Translations under genes and position numbers: made by a program
Notes under the pieces: generated by a model
The model's input: only the letters and a program-made list of their open reading frames with translations
What the model was told of the DNA's origin: nothing
Database searches by the model: none
In this document: piece after piece, positions 40,961-54,806 of the stretch
How positions within the stretch are numbered: the first letter of the stretch is position 1
Layout of the letters: every line of letters starts with the position of its first letter
Assembly: GCA_964304625.1 (NCBI GenBank)
Contig: OZ199838.1
Coordinates: forward strand, 3,018,147 to 3,082,146
Direction of reading: 5' to 3'
DNA length: 64,000 nt
Source: Kudoa neothunni
Taxonomy: Eukaryota; Animalia; Cnidaria

Positions 40961-42948
40961 ATTAATTAAACATTTCTAAGAAAATTCAGCATTTTTGTCC
41001 CTTACTTAACCTTGCCTTGTCCAAGATTGAGGTAACTCGGTGACCCCCCAAAGAGCTATTTCATACATAGTTATCTAAATACTTATTAAAAGTTTTAAAG
41101 CTTCATTTTAAACTGGAAAACCTATTTATTTATTCTTTAAAATTTTCAAACTAATTATGCAATTACAATATTTTAACAGAAAATTGCAAGTGGCGCATGC
41201 GTCAACGTTAGATCTCAAATTTACTCAAAATTAGAGGTTTTATGATAACTTAAATTCATCCAATCAGCGTTGTTTATTTTTTAACGAAATTTCAGTTATT
41301 TGGACGCCATTTTAAGATTTATTAAGACGAAACCCAAGTATTTAATTATTCGTTTGAGTTTGTTCCCATATGGTTGTAAATTAACTAATTTTGTTACATA
41401 TACGTTTTCGCGATCATATACCTACCACGATGAAATTATATAATGACTGCTAACATATTCTTTAAACCAAACAAAAATATTTTTTGATAAATCATCATCA
41501 AAATGGTTGAAATTTTTTATCTCAATTAAGCATGATAAAAAGACATTTTATTCTACTGTGTACGTCGATTGCAAGTAGGTCCGCTTCATATGCAACTTGA
41601 CATCGAAATACTGTATATTATTATAAATATTAAACTTTTACGCCGGGAAGGTTGTTTGGAGATTTCCAAAAGTTGTTAATCCTACAACAGTGAAAATCTC
41701 ACGCCCGGTGGCATATAAATTGTTTGGTATTTCAATTTAAAAATGAAACAAACTATGATACAAAATAAGCTTAACCGCCAACAAACAAAAGTTATCTGTA
41801 TACGTGGTTATTTGGCCTCTGTTAACATATATCATGATAAACTTTATTTTATTGAAAGTTTCTACTTGGGCAACGAATCATATCTAAGAAATCATTACAA
41901 TGGTTTTAATTTAGTTGATTTAAACTCCCGGATTTTCTCCTGTCTGTGTACAAGATGATGTGGTTGGGCAAACAATGAAGTTTTTTGTAATAGAAAAAAT
42001 CATTTATAATGGGTGGTTTATTAGCTGATTACAAAATTATAAATAAATTAATTTTTATGTAAGCGCAATAAAATTTCATTAGCAATGATTTTTTCTGGAT
42101 CTAATGAGAGACCTCACTTCGACATGGGTAAATTAATTGGCATTCATTACGGGATGGGTTTATTGAAAAATAAGTAACATTTTTAAAAGCACAAAATTGC
42201 ATTATTCCTCGAAATTATAACATATACTCTTCTTGTTTCCTTTTATAAGGAATTATCTTTTGAAGTATTAAAATGTGTTAATAAATAATTATTCGGCTAT
42301 ATATCGTCTCTAGATGGCGCAGGCACAAAAAACCTAATAAATATCTTCATATTAGTGTTTAATTGTAAAGGTTTAAGAAAATAATTGTATCCACCCCCAT
42401 CATTATAATCCTGTTCCCATGAGTTTTAGAAAAAAAATTTTTTTTGTTTATTATTAAATAATAATTATTGATTTAATTCGTATCTATTAAACAGAAATAT
42501 AGAAAAATTTAGTTAGTTAAGAGTGAGTGCAATTCATCGAATTCTATTAAGATTACAACTGAAAATACATATTTTGTATATCATGGATTTGATCAATGTT
42601 AGACTCCAACGATATATTTATGGTTAAAATAAATTCGTAAGTAAAAATTAACTTCAAAAGATTTTTACGAATAATATTTCAATAACAACTATATTATTAA
42701 CATTATTTATTTGCAATAGTCCATATTAAATACAGAAAATATATTATATCTTAGTTTTTTTAATTTAGTATATGTTCCATGATTTACTGCTCATCCTAAG
42801 AAAAAAATTTCACATTTTTTGTCTAATCTAAATAATAAATTAATCCAAATTTTACTCTAATCAAATCTAATAGTGTAATCGCTCAAAAAAATAATTTATC
42901 ATCATATTTTTTGGATTAGTGTACAAAATCAACACTTACCGTTTACAA

Positions 42949-43320
42949 CAGTGTTTCTCAATCTGGAATTCGCGCATTAGTTTCAACCGGCTCGTAAGAA
43001 GAATTTTACTCTTAAAAATTTGATCTACCATAAATTCATGGTTATGATAAAAGACACTTTAAAAAATAATATCATAAATACAAATATATGTGGTTCATAT
43101 ACTTATGAGTTTGAATTCATTTAGCCCAGCTTATCTTACTCCCGTTTATGAACCAAAATGGTTGGGTATCATTGATCTATTTGTTTTATATGGTTTTCCA
43201 ACCTATTTTATCACTTTGTCCAGCAATGTCGTCATGTGTTTTAAAAAACCAAAAAATAAACAAGTTTCTGACGCACTAAGAGAATTATTTCCGCAAATAG
43301 AAGAAAAATGTACATAGGGG
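42949..43320 (+). mobile_element. hAT-like left end fragment
   Basis: CAGTGTTTCTCAATCT at 42949 resembles the hAT TIR at 22059/23790. No partner TIR was found. Confidence 0.4.
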
Positions 43321-43874
43321 CCCATCCCGATACCAATCCGAATTTTCTATAAATTTAATCGATGGAGGATTTAAAACTATTTTATCTGCTGGTTGTTTCC
43401 GATATTACAAGAAATTGTTCCGTTATCTTATAAGGCGCCAAAATAAACTAATAATATTGGAACAACTATTTTCCTATAATTATGTATTTTTTATTTTCTC
43501 TCGATCATACTAAAACATATTTTATAATATTTAATAGTGTATTCATTAACGTAAGCCAATGTTGACGAAATAACTAGAAAACCCCTATACTTTTTAAATC
43601 TATAAAATATCGAATAATGTTTTTAATTTTTTTTTATAAAATAATAACGACAATTTTATTAAATTCCGATAATTTCACACAATTTAAAAAAATTAAATAA
43701 TCATAAATATTATTAAATTTTTTCACCGAAAATAAAAATTAGATGTTTCCATTAAAAAAATGATAATTTTTTGTTTCATTCTGATGGATTAAAATGTGGG
43801 AATCTTCCCGAGCATTCTCGTAATCGTAGAAGATCGTCTTATTTTATAACGTTATTCTTTGCTTATTGTAAACA

Positions 43875-46800
43875 ATGAGGATGGATCAATTTGTGCATAA
43901 TGAATTTTGTTGGGATCTGAAAAATCAACGTAGGACTATATGGACTTAAAAAAATGGACGATGAGACCCAAAATTTGGTTTGGAGTGTGATTCGAGAGTG
44001 TAAGACTCCATTCCATGACAGAATGAATTACATAGTGACTAGTCTGGATGGGAATTACATTAAAAAACCCCCCAAACCAGTATATCGTATTTTTTTCTCC
44101 TCATAAATAAAACACGAATATACAAGGAGTTAGAGCCCCCATTGAACGATTCAATATTTAGCTTGAAATGGATTCGAAGACACATTTTTGAAATGACATG
44201 TGCAACTGTGATTTTTTGTCGGTTTGATGACAACGACGAAATGACATCGAGAGCTCAGTTGATGGATCTGTGTAACGATATTGTTTGTGTACAGTAAGTT
44301 GGATGTGTTTCAAAATAATTCAACAAATCGATCACAAATTTCTCTAGTCAAGCTTATTCAGGCAGGGTTCCTCTAATTAAGATGATTATATTCCAGGATA
44401 AAATCAAACTTGAAGGTATCTATAACAAATAATTCCACCAACTTCGCAACTATTATCAACCGAATAGCAACCTACAAAAACATACTAAACACTTTTCAAA
44501 CGTCTTATCGAATCGGTGGAGAAGATGTTGTTTTTGTTCAGAAGGAAAATCGGGGAAAAATTAAAGATAGAGTTAATGAGGTAGGCAATCTTCCACGCAG
44601 TCGGCTCGCGCCTTCTATTTATTCGATTTATTCATTTTATTCGATCTATCTATCTACCCATCTAATTACGGTTTATGATGCTAGTTTCGAAAAAGATATC
44701 CACAATCAATCCAATAACTATTTCAAAAATGAGATATCGATGTTGAAATCCAAAAAAGTATTGCATTTATTGATAACCTACTTATCAAAGTAAATCAAAT
44801 TAAATTCAACCAAATTATTTAAGGACATTACTCCAGGGTGTACCAAAGTATTTATTTTATTTCGCCGATAGTAGTTTTTACCACAAATAGATTTTCATCT
44901 TCAAATACCATTACAAATTAGCCCTTCTACTATTTACTACGAGACGATCATACTATGTCACTGAAGTAATCGTTAATTTTTATGCGATACAATTGTTCCA
45001 TCTCATCACGCACGTATGTGAACAATAGAAATTTTTGTCATGTCATACAAAACATTGGTGTCACTCCATAAAACGTTGGCTGGTGAACAATTTTTATATT
45101 TCTCCACCAGCGTATCATACAAGGTGCTTTGAGACGGCGCCGATAACACTTATCACATTGTTTCAACTCTATATAGATATATGTGCTTTGTCACACAATG
45201 AGGTTGGCGTTGGATGCTATTCAGCATTTGGAGAAACAGATTCAACTGTTTCCTAGAGACAGATTGGAGTCATTTGGAAACAGTATTCAAATTTACGACA
45301 AATGGTTGGCATCACAGTACATTTCAATGGTTCATCTCATCCATTTGTAATATGCACTGTAGATACAGTTTTGTCGGCGACATTATTGATAACTGTATAA
45401 ATCAGCGTGCTCTATCAAATGAGATTGTAATTATATTGATTTACAATTGAAACTTCAGTGTAGACTCATAAATTCACTTATTGCATCCCATGTTCAATTA
45501 GGTAAGAAACCCAGGACTCTACTATTTCGAGAGTTGTCGACTACTGCTAAAATGCCAGGACAAAAAATTGTACAAAGTAGTCATTATCAGTTACAAATCA
45601 AAAATACAAACTCATTCAAAGGTCGAAATTGTATCAATGCTGGACAAATGTAGAACCCACTTTAAAAATGCTAAATGGAATAGATTTTTGACTATAATTG
45701 GTACATTGTTAATAATTAATTTTACAGTTGAGTTGGGTTGGTTAGATTTGATATATGCTGAGAACAATTTTCTGTTCAATGAGTTAGTTGATTCACATAA
45801 GTAATTTATATGAAATGATTATGATTATAACTCGAAATCCATTTAAAAAATGTGTAGCAATGTTCTCAATTTGTACTTGAAATTACCATCAATTCATTGG
45901 CCTGTCATCTGCCAAAATATTCTCATTCAGCTAGCTGTCGACGCTATATATGAAAGCAATTACCTTCAGTTGTTCACCTCGCTTATTAGTTTGCTTATCG
46001 AACGTAATATTTATGTCAGTTTCTATGCATATCTCCTACTCGCTCTACTATAGCAATATCATTGAATTCTACCAATACTTACAAGGATATTTATAATCGT
46101 TTTGTTAATATTTCTCCCGAAAACAATGGCTCTAAAGATTATTGGTGGAACTTTGTGAGGAGTTTGTTGATATCTCAAAAATGTTCTTGTGCCGCTATTC
46201 CACTGGAATTATGTGATAATATTTCTTCAACAAATTCCCCAATTAATATTCTTCCTTTGAATGATATGGAAATTGTGATGGATAACATTTTACCATTTGG
46301 TATGTTGATCCGATGATCTGAAATTCGCCTACAATCAAATGAGATATGATATAATTGATGCTATTCTAGTGTGTTGTAACTATCGTTTCAAACAAAATTC
46401 CTTCCCTTATGATAAACCTGTTGAAATGAATGTTTACATTAAGTACATTGGAGTGTTCGATTGGATAAGTTCGATGAAATTTTTTACAGATCGAATATTA
46501 TTGTGCCTCTAGAATTTAAGATACTGAGTATTGTTGCTAATGTGCCGGTAGTTTGATTGAATATTTTGAAATTCTTCTAACTGTAACTTTTGTTAGATAT
46601 CAAAAATTATATCGGTTATTGATGACACCCAATCCCATACTATAGTTCAACCCTTATCCATCTTCACCCATTCGATGCAATTCTATGTTGACTATTCACG
46701 GCTGGATAGGGATTGGCCTCGATTTGTAAAAGTATTCTCCTATTTCAATAATTTTGATGGCTTATGAATCTATGTGTGGTAGATTGACAGAATAGAAATT

Positions 46801-49800
46801 TTACTAATTGTTCCTACCACCACTGTAAAAGTCGTTTGGAATTTTACCGATAATATGGTTCTACCTAAAAACCTCATGCACACCACCGCTTATTTCAATA
46901 ATCGATACGAAATTGACGGTCTCGCCTCACTCAATCAACTTAAAATTCCTATGCATTGCTTGTATTTTTAAACATGCTATATTTAAAGATTAATCATCTG
47001 ACTGGTTACTATATAGAATTGAAACCCCATCCGCTCCTATAGTAATGAATATAAGAAACGAATGGAATGACTGTCCGAATAATCCTCATAACACCACTCT
47101 TTTCTATAGTTATTTTATGAACGACCTTCAATTGGAAATCAGAAATGAAGGACAATTTGCTATGGATTCGTTGTTGTATTATATTTTAGTGTGGTTATTT
47201 TGTGGTGAATAAACACACGTAGATTTAAAGCCATTCTCACCGATAGTCAAGGCCAACAATTGCCCGGACGTCTTAATTTCAAGCTCAACCAACAACCCAA
47301 TATTCTTATCGATTCTCCTTTAGTTCCTTCGAATAATGTAACCGGGGAACATTTTTTGATATTTTTTACTAGTTTAAATTAGATCATGTTAGACATGTGT
47401 CTTTCAGTGTATGAACCTGGGGACTATCGTATTCGGATAGAGGTAGAGCTTGTTTTTAGAATGTATTGGTTGATTGTATTTTTTAGGTTGATTTCCGTTC
47501 CGTCATTGAAGAACATACATTCAACTGGTCATGCTATTACAACCATTCAAAAGTAAGTTTGAATGTGTGATGATTATAAATTTGTTTTGAAGTCAGCGTT
47601 TTTAAGTTTATTTAATCTTGTAAACTAATTTGTGCGTGTATGAATTTTTCGAAAAAAGTTAAATTGACTTATGGTAATAGTTAGTCTAATTGTAATATAA
47701 TTATAACCTTCTAAGGGTAATATTTATATAAATATTACTTTTCTATAATTTTACTGTTTTTTATAAAAGTATTAATAATAAATAATAAAGTGATATTTTG
47801 TTCTTAATTAGAAATTTATTAATTTTATCTTGATTAATATTAGTTAAATTTATCTATGATAATTTACTTTTTGTCAGTATTAAATAAAAGTGAATAGAAA
47901 TCATTAATTGAATGGATTTGAAAACTGTTAGATTTATATATTATATGGTCCTTTTGGTTGTGTAACTACGAATGTAGTTATTTTAAATATCTAATTAATG
48001 CGCCAAATCCAGATATGAGAATAGAATGAATCAATTGTTAGAGATCTAACAAACCTAAGCCATTTAAAGCTTTTTATGTTGAATTGAAAATAATTGGATT
48101 TTGTAAATTGTTGAGATTTAATTGATAGCATTAGAAGAAATTGATTAATATGATATTTATGATTTGTTTTTAAGTTTTATAGTTATTATTTGATAAGTAA
48201 CATTATTTGGAATTCATTTTTTTAAATAATTATCTTAAAAAAATCTTGTCATGATATTTCTAATTTACCTAACTTTGATATAAAATGTTTGTTTTCAATA
48301 ACAATTTTTAATTTTATTATTTAATATTCCCTTAGTCTTCAACGAATTGTATCATCTTTATGATTAAAATATTACATTTCTCTTTGACATTGAAAACTAA
48401 ATTTAAAAATTATTTAAATAATTTATTGTGTCTGATTATAATTTAGTTTTTAACAAAAAAATTGTTACTTTTTAATTTTTTAATAATAGGAACAAACGTT
48501 GGGAGAATTTTATAATTTCTAATTTCTAATTTTATTATCAGTAAGTCTTTTCGAATTTTTATAAACGTGTTCGTTATTAAAATATCCCTCATTCGATTAA
48601 TTTAAGTAATTTTATAAACGGGCTATTTACAACAAATTTTTTAAATCGGCATTCATGCCTTTGGGAGGCTTTTAAACTTAAAATATGATTGAATGATATG
48701 GTATTGAGCTAAAATTCTTTTTAACCGAATTATATAATGTTAAATTTATGGATAGTGAACAATTCTAGTCTAAATAATAATGGGTTTCTAAATTTTATGG
48801 TTATGTGTATTATTCGACTGCACTCATCTTTAATTTATGGTATAATTTCTGTGATGTTGTTTAATTATTTCCATTTCTTGGAATCAAAGGAAAAAGAGGG
48901 TAAAAGTTTTCTTTTTTAATCATCTGTAGAATTAATCATATTTAATTATCTATTGATAATTAAATTGAAATATAGAATCATCTTTGTAAAATAATTTTAT
49001 TTATAGTTCTAGCTCCGATCAATTTAGCGTCGGACCTTTTTAATCTAAAACTTTAACAATGTGAAAATGCCATCATTTGATTTTATAGCAATTTTTGGTT
49101 TAATCGTTAAATCTGAATAAATCCTGTTAAGCAGTGTCACGTATTTTACACATTATGTGGCATATCCAAATTTCCTAATATTAATAAGAACGCTGATCCC
49201 AACAAAAACCAAAATAGTATCAATTAATCTGTTATATAGACAGTAGAATTCTTTATAATAATGTATTCTCCTATCCAATGCAATTTCAAAACATTTTCAC
49301 CTATGGTATGACCTCATGAGTTTGTTTTCAATGAGGTTTCTTATCATACCTATTTATTATTATTAGATGCATACGCAGAATTTTTGTTCAATAGAAAATC
49401 TCATCCAACTTAATATTGAATCTTTTTTCAAGCCATCCACCATTAGAATTGGTTCCGTTGGAGTGGAAAATGTAATGATGTTTCCTAATGGGTTTCCAAT
49501 AATTTTTTTGCGCAGAATAATAGCGAAAAATACACAGTGCAAGTGTTGTATGATAGTTCGAATGAAGGTAACCTTTCTTTGTAGAGATGCGTAGTAGGAT
49601 AATAAATTCAAATAATAGATTATTTTTTGGGTTACATGGAAACAGTCACCATTCCTATTCAACTCAAATTGAACCAATTCACCTACTCATTGCCAACTCC
49701 CGCCAACAACACTCAACCTGAAATAGTCGAAAATGTAGATTTGCTACTATTGGATCTTTATTATAGCAAAAATGGTGTTGACTTTCTGAAAAGTCCACAA

Positions 49801-50884
49801 ATGAAAATAGGCTTTCCTTCGTGGAGCATCATCGTACCGCCGTTCGAAATCCAAAGTATGCATATCACTAATAGATCCTCTTGAGAGATTAAAAACCTTA
49901 TTTACAAACTTTGTTAATATATAACATATTTACATGGATTATTTTTCATTTAATTTTAAAAAAATATTACAACTTTTCAAGGTTTCCAAAAAATCTTGAT
50001 ATTTCACTTGAATGTAAATTTGTTGTATCACATCAATTGATTTCGTAATTTAAAAAATTTAATAATATCAATTGAAAATGGTTTTTAAAATTATTTTTTT
50101 CGAGTTGGTCATAGAAAATTTTGATTCATTCTCAAAGTGAATGTTTTCTATCCTTCCAATCTCTATTTTCGAACCATTTTGAATATTCGTAACCAATGAT
50201 AATTATTTTGGAGGATTATAGAGATTGTTTGTATAATTGTTGAGATTTTACTTTGATTTTTTCAAAGAAAATCCTAAAATTTAAATATAGACGTTTAAAA
50301 TTATTTATTTATTTTATGTGAAATTTTTGTTCTATTTTACAACTGATTCCCTTTATAATTTAAGTTGATAGGATACATATCCTATAGTTATATAGTTAGC
50401 GAATTTCCCAACATTTCTTGTCTATAACTGCACAACCAAGATAAATCTATTTTTTATTTGTAGTAGCAACACCAAACAATAGCAACCCCTTGAAATACAT
50501 GCTTTTCTATGAGATTGTGCTAACAATTGTGAACAAACTTGAACAATCTGTTAGAGTAGATTATCTTATTGCGGAAGATCAAAACATTGAAATCAAAGGC
50601 GAATTTGAGGTAATTTGTTGTTTGGAGTAGAAAAGTTTATTGATCACTGCACATATACTAATCAATAGAAATGTGTCCAAATTGAAGCAAGCCAATCCGT
50701 TACTATACCACTTCAAATGATGTTTAAAACTCAAGGATTTGTTAACTATCCCACATTTAGTAAATTTCTTATGAACGCCCTCACAACTCCCGCCAGCGAA
50801 GTTGACAAAAATTCCATTAATTTTCTATTTATCGCCAACTCAATGTTACCACAACATCTCTATGTCGAACCTGAAATCATATAA
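43875..50884 (+). CDS. TRAPPC11: Trafficking protein particle complex subunit 11-like (foie gras/gryzun), many exons
   Basis: Segments occur in the same order as recalled TRAPPC11: LKWIRRHIFEMTCATVIF (cf. WMNKHLNLVPALVVVF), YSGRVPLIKMIIFQ (cf. LQGRNTKVAVVLIQ), FEKDIHNQSNNYFKNEISMLKSKK (cf. YYYTEIRRVKSHK), FKYHYKLA (cf. VRHQFKIA), and C-terminal QGFVNYP...MLPQHLYVEPEII* (cf. IPTSIFVKP). The start is uncertain (43875 or 43954). Confidence 0.72.
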
Positions 50885-51445
50885 TATTTCGAAGCCAAAC
50901 AACTTTTTATATTTTATATTTCAATCAATAATTATCTAATTACAACAAATATTTCCATATATGTATTTGAATTTTTTATTAATTAGTAAACACAGAAATC
51001 ATCAATTGCAGGCAACCGATTGTGCGTAATTTCATCAATACGATGTGTTTATAATATTTTTAAATTACCACCAATATGTTAATCAAGTTACTTCCAAATT
51101 ATACGTAATTTTTTCTGCTAAACTACATAGATTTGATTTGATTTTCGTCAATTGAAAACGGATGATTTAAAGACATACCGTTCAATTTTTGGAGAATGTT
51201 TGAAATAATGAATAATTATTCCGGTCCGTATCTGGAAGCGCAACAATAATTATCATCAGCCATTTTACAGTATACGCTGTATCCACATTAAATACACGAG
51301 TGAAACTTTTGAGATACTTGACAAAAAATAATCAATTCAGTATAAACGAGAACAGAATAAATTTTATTATTAGACAATATTAGTTGCCAACTAAAAATAG
51401 TATTATAGATGAACAACAAAAATTATTGACATAAAATATAAGAAA

Positions 51446-52472
51446 CTAGCGGGAAGAGCCCTGCGTAACGTTGCCTGGGGAAGATTTCGCATAAATACGT
51501 TTCTTAACAATATTCGAAAAATATATTAAAGTTTAAAATTAACCCATAGATGTGAAATAACTGAAAATTTTGTAAGCAATACACTTACACTTTCACGAGT
51601 TGGATTATGAAATTCAAATTATGTTCATTTCCGAATTATTTAAATCCCGTTAAAGTGCTATATAAAACGTTATTTTTGGGTCCGGAGGATTTTTAAAAGT
51701 CGAATTCTGGTCCCGCTCGATAACTGTGTGTACCACTAACCTTTTAAGAGATAAATGAATGGAGAAAGTAATAGAGATAGAAGAAAACGTATATCCTTTT
51801 TTCCGCAAAAAACTTTAATGCGCTTTTTCTAACAAATAATTTAAATAATCGGATGAACCAACCATACAACCATCTGCACTGGATTGAATCACTACAAGTT
51901 CAACACAACGGACGGTCTCAATGAAATCCATGGACACAGTACTTGCGTTACAGTGCTTCAATCTAATCTAACTGATTATAACACGCATAACCAACTCGAT
52001 AATAATGCAAATATTGACATTTTTTCGTATCTAAATCCATTAATAGAGCCTCCAAAATGTGTTTATCAAGTCAATCACATTAAAATTCCCGATACCCGAT
52101 ATATGGAATTTATTTTCGCAAACAATAAAATAAAGGCGCAAATCTTGTACGTAAAGACAGATGGCATCGTTCAATCAACATATGATAGAGCATATAAGGG
52201 AGATAATTAACTTCAACCGACCCTCACCATGACATAAGCAAGTTCTAATCCTATAGTTGAACTCATGAAATCCGATAAACAAACTTTAAATCGACAAAAT
52301 CACTATTTCATCAATACTTTTTTGAAACTTTGGTCGTCCGAAAACAATTAAACGATTTTTTTTAAATATCACAAATTCATAAAAATTTTATATATGGCTC
52401 TCTATAAGGAAAAAATTATCCCCACATGCGTATTTAGGGGCACAGACACACACAAACATACCGACAGTCCTC

Positions 52473-52518
<46 letters not shown>

Positions 52519-52520
52519 GA
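51446..52520 (-). mobile_element. Non-autonomous Helitron with canonical ends
   Basis: On the minus strand it starts A|TCCTT(TA)nAAGGAGGACTGTCGG...GTGTGTGTCTG and ends with the hairpin CCCCAGGCAACGTTACGCAGGG followed by CTAG|T, the canonical A-TC...CTAG-T insertion. Confidence 0.85.
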
Positions 52521-53720
52521 TAAATGATCGCCTAATTGAATAATATCTTTCTTAAATATATTATCAAACTTTAACACGGATCTTACGGAATTTATCAATT
52601 TATCAAAATTCCATATAAGTTATTCCAAAATAAATACAACCACGAAAATGTAATATAATATAATTAATAATATAATATATAATAATATATAGTAAGTTAG
52701 TGATAACATAGTAAATAAATATGATTATTTAACCAAAAAAATAAGCGATAAATTCGTTTTGGCGGAACAAAATTGAACATTAATTTGTTCAAATTCATTT
52801 GTATTTTTTACACCATTACTCTGAGTATAATCACATATTTTACCAAAGATTTAATTAACTCCTCCAGAAATATTAAATTGCTGGTGTCAAATTATTTCAA
52901 TAAAGTTGTTTCATTAAGAATAAATTTAATCATAACAGCACACACGCGCGTTCATTATTTATCACAGCAACTACCGTTTATAAATGATACACACAGTTAA
53001 ATAAAGTCTAAATTTCGATAACTAAATATAGTGTCAATTTGATAGGTAATTCATTAATTAAGTTATATAATTTACAATAAATTCAATACTATATTTTATT
53101 CATCAGATCAAATATTTGTTTGTAACTAATAAATATTTAATAATAAAACAAACTTATTATAACTTCAAACAACAAATTAATACCGATTGTGGTTGAAGAT
53201 TAGGGAATTAACCGCATGATTTAAAATTAATCCATAAAAAGGAACAGTTCAACAAAAATTTTCACTTAAACACGCGTGATGCTTTTATTCTTAGTAATTA
53301 ATAGATGATAATCAAAAGTCAAAAAATGGTCATTTAATTTTTGATCCCGCTCAAGTATTAGCTCACTTAAATAAATAGATATTCCACATAACAATCAATA
53401 TGCTCTATATTTTTCAAATCACTAGATTAAAAATTTATGTAAGAATCATTCGTAAATAAAATTGCGAAATAGAAAATTACATTAAAAAATATTATTTTCT
53501 AAATATGTACATACATTATTTTATGCCACCACATTAACGCCATTTTTACATAACAATGTACTTCCTCACCCAATAAATAACTAACTATAAATCATTAACA
53601 CCAAGAATATTTTTAATCTTCCAATTAAATTCTTAATAACCAATTATCAATTGACCTTAATTAAAATTTATTTACTTCCATGTGTACATCAAAAATATTT
53701 TTCTTATAACTACCAATAAA

Positions 53721-54660
53721 CAACAAAAAGACAATTTTCCTTAAAATTTAATAATTTCAATAAACGTTAAAAATAAATCTAATAGGTAAGATTAAAATAG
53801 TACAATATTTTACACAAATAATTATTCAATAAAAAAGAAAACAATGGTTACTATGCGAAAATATTCAAATTAAACAATGAATTATTGTAATAGGAAACAA
53901 TGCTCAATCGAAAAAAAAACAACAAAGAAAAAAGAAAAAAGAAAACGTTAGGATATGAGCTATTCATTCAAAAATATAAAATTTTTTGTAGATATATTAA
54001 ATAATTAGAACAACTAATAAACAAGCTAACATCGAAACAACAAAAGGACAATTTTTCTTCAAAATTTCAATAATTTCAATAAACGTTAAAAATAAATCTA
54101 ATAAGTAAGATTAAAATAGTACAATATTTTACACAAATAATTATTCAATAAAAAAGAAAACAATGGTTACTATGCGAAAATATTCAAATTAAACAATGAA
54201 TTATTGTAATAGGAAACAATGCTCAATCGAAAAAAAAAACAACAAACAACAAAGAAAAAAGAAAACGTTAGGATATGAGCTATTCATTCAAAAATATAGA
54301 ATTTTTTGTAGATATATTAAATAATTAGAACAACTAATAAACAAGCTAACATCGAAACAACAAAAAGACAATTTTCCTTAAAATTTAATAATTTCAATAA
54401 ACGTTAAAAATAAATCTAATAGGTAAGATTAAAATAGTACAATATTTTACACAAATAATTATTCAATAAAAAAGAAAACAATGGTTACTATGCGAAAATA
54501 TTCAAATTAAACAATGAATTATTGTAATAGGAAACAATGCTCAATCGAAAAAAAAACAATAAACAAAAAAGAAAACGTTAGGATATGAGCAAATATCAAA
54601 CAAATAGTTTATGAGCTATTCATTCAAAAATATAGAATTTGTGTGGATGTATTAAATAAT
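53721..54660. repeat. Tandem repeat of a ~318-bp unit, about 3 copies
   Basis: Units start at 53721, 54038 and 54358 (CAACAAAA(A/G)GACAATTTT...). They are near identical, with variation mostly in A-runs, and the third copy diverges after ~54590. Confidence 0.95.
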
Positions 54661-54806
54661 AGTGGAAGAGTTGAATAAGTGACACCGACACGTTAATAGC
54701 ACAAACAACGATAAGTGCGTTATGTACACAAGACGTAATTAATAGAAGTAGTTGAGAAATATGGTTACAACAAAAGTACAAGCTCGAATCCAACGTAATC
54801 CTTAAA

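Noticed and set aside
41006-41070. Apparent exon MYEIALWGVTELPQSWTRQG on the minus strand
   Set aside because: The sequence matches the TTAA-type TE end seen at ~62232, so it is more likely a transposon terminus.
41500-42000. Possible small plus-strand gene (MIKRHFILLCTSIA..., ORF 41743-41958)
   Set aside because: I could not build an in-frame spliced model or assign a family.
49363-49677. 104-aa minus-strand ORF
   Set aside because: Antisense to TRAPPC11 exons.
53721-54660. Possible CRISPR-like array
   Set aside because: Whole ~318-bp units are duplicated with no unique spacers, and the context is eukaryotic with no cas genes.
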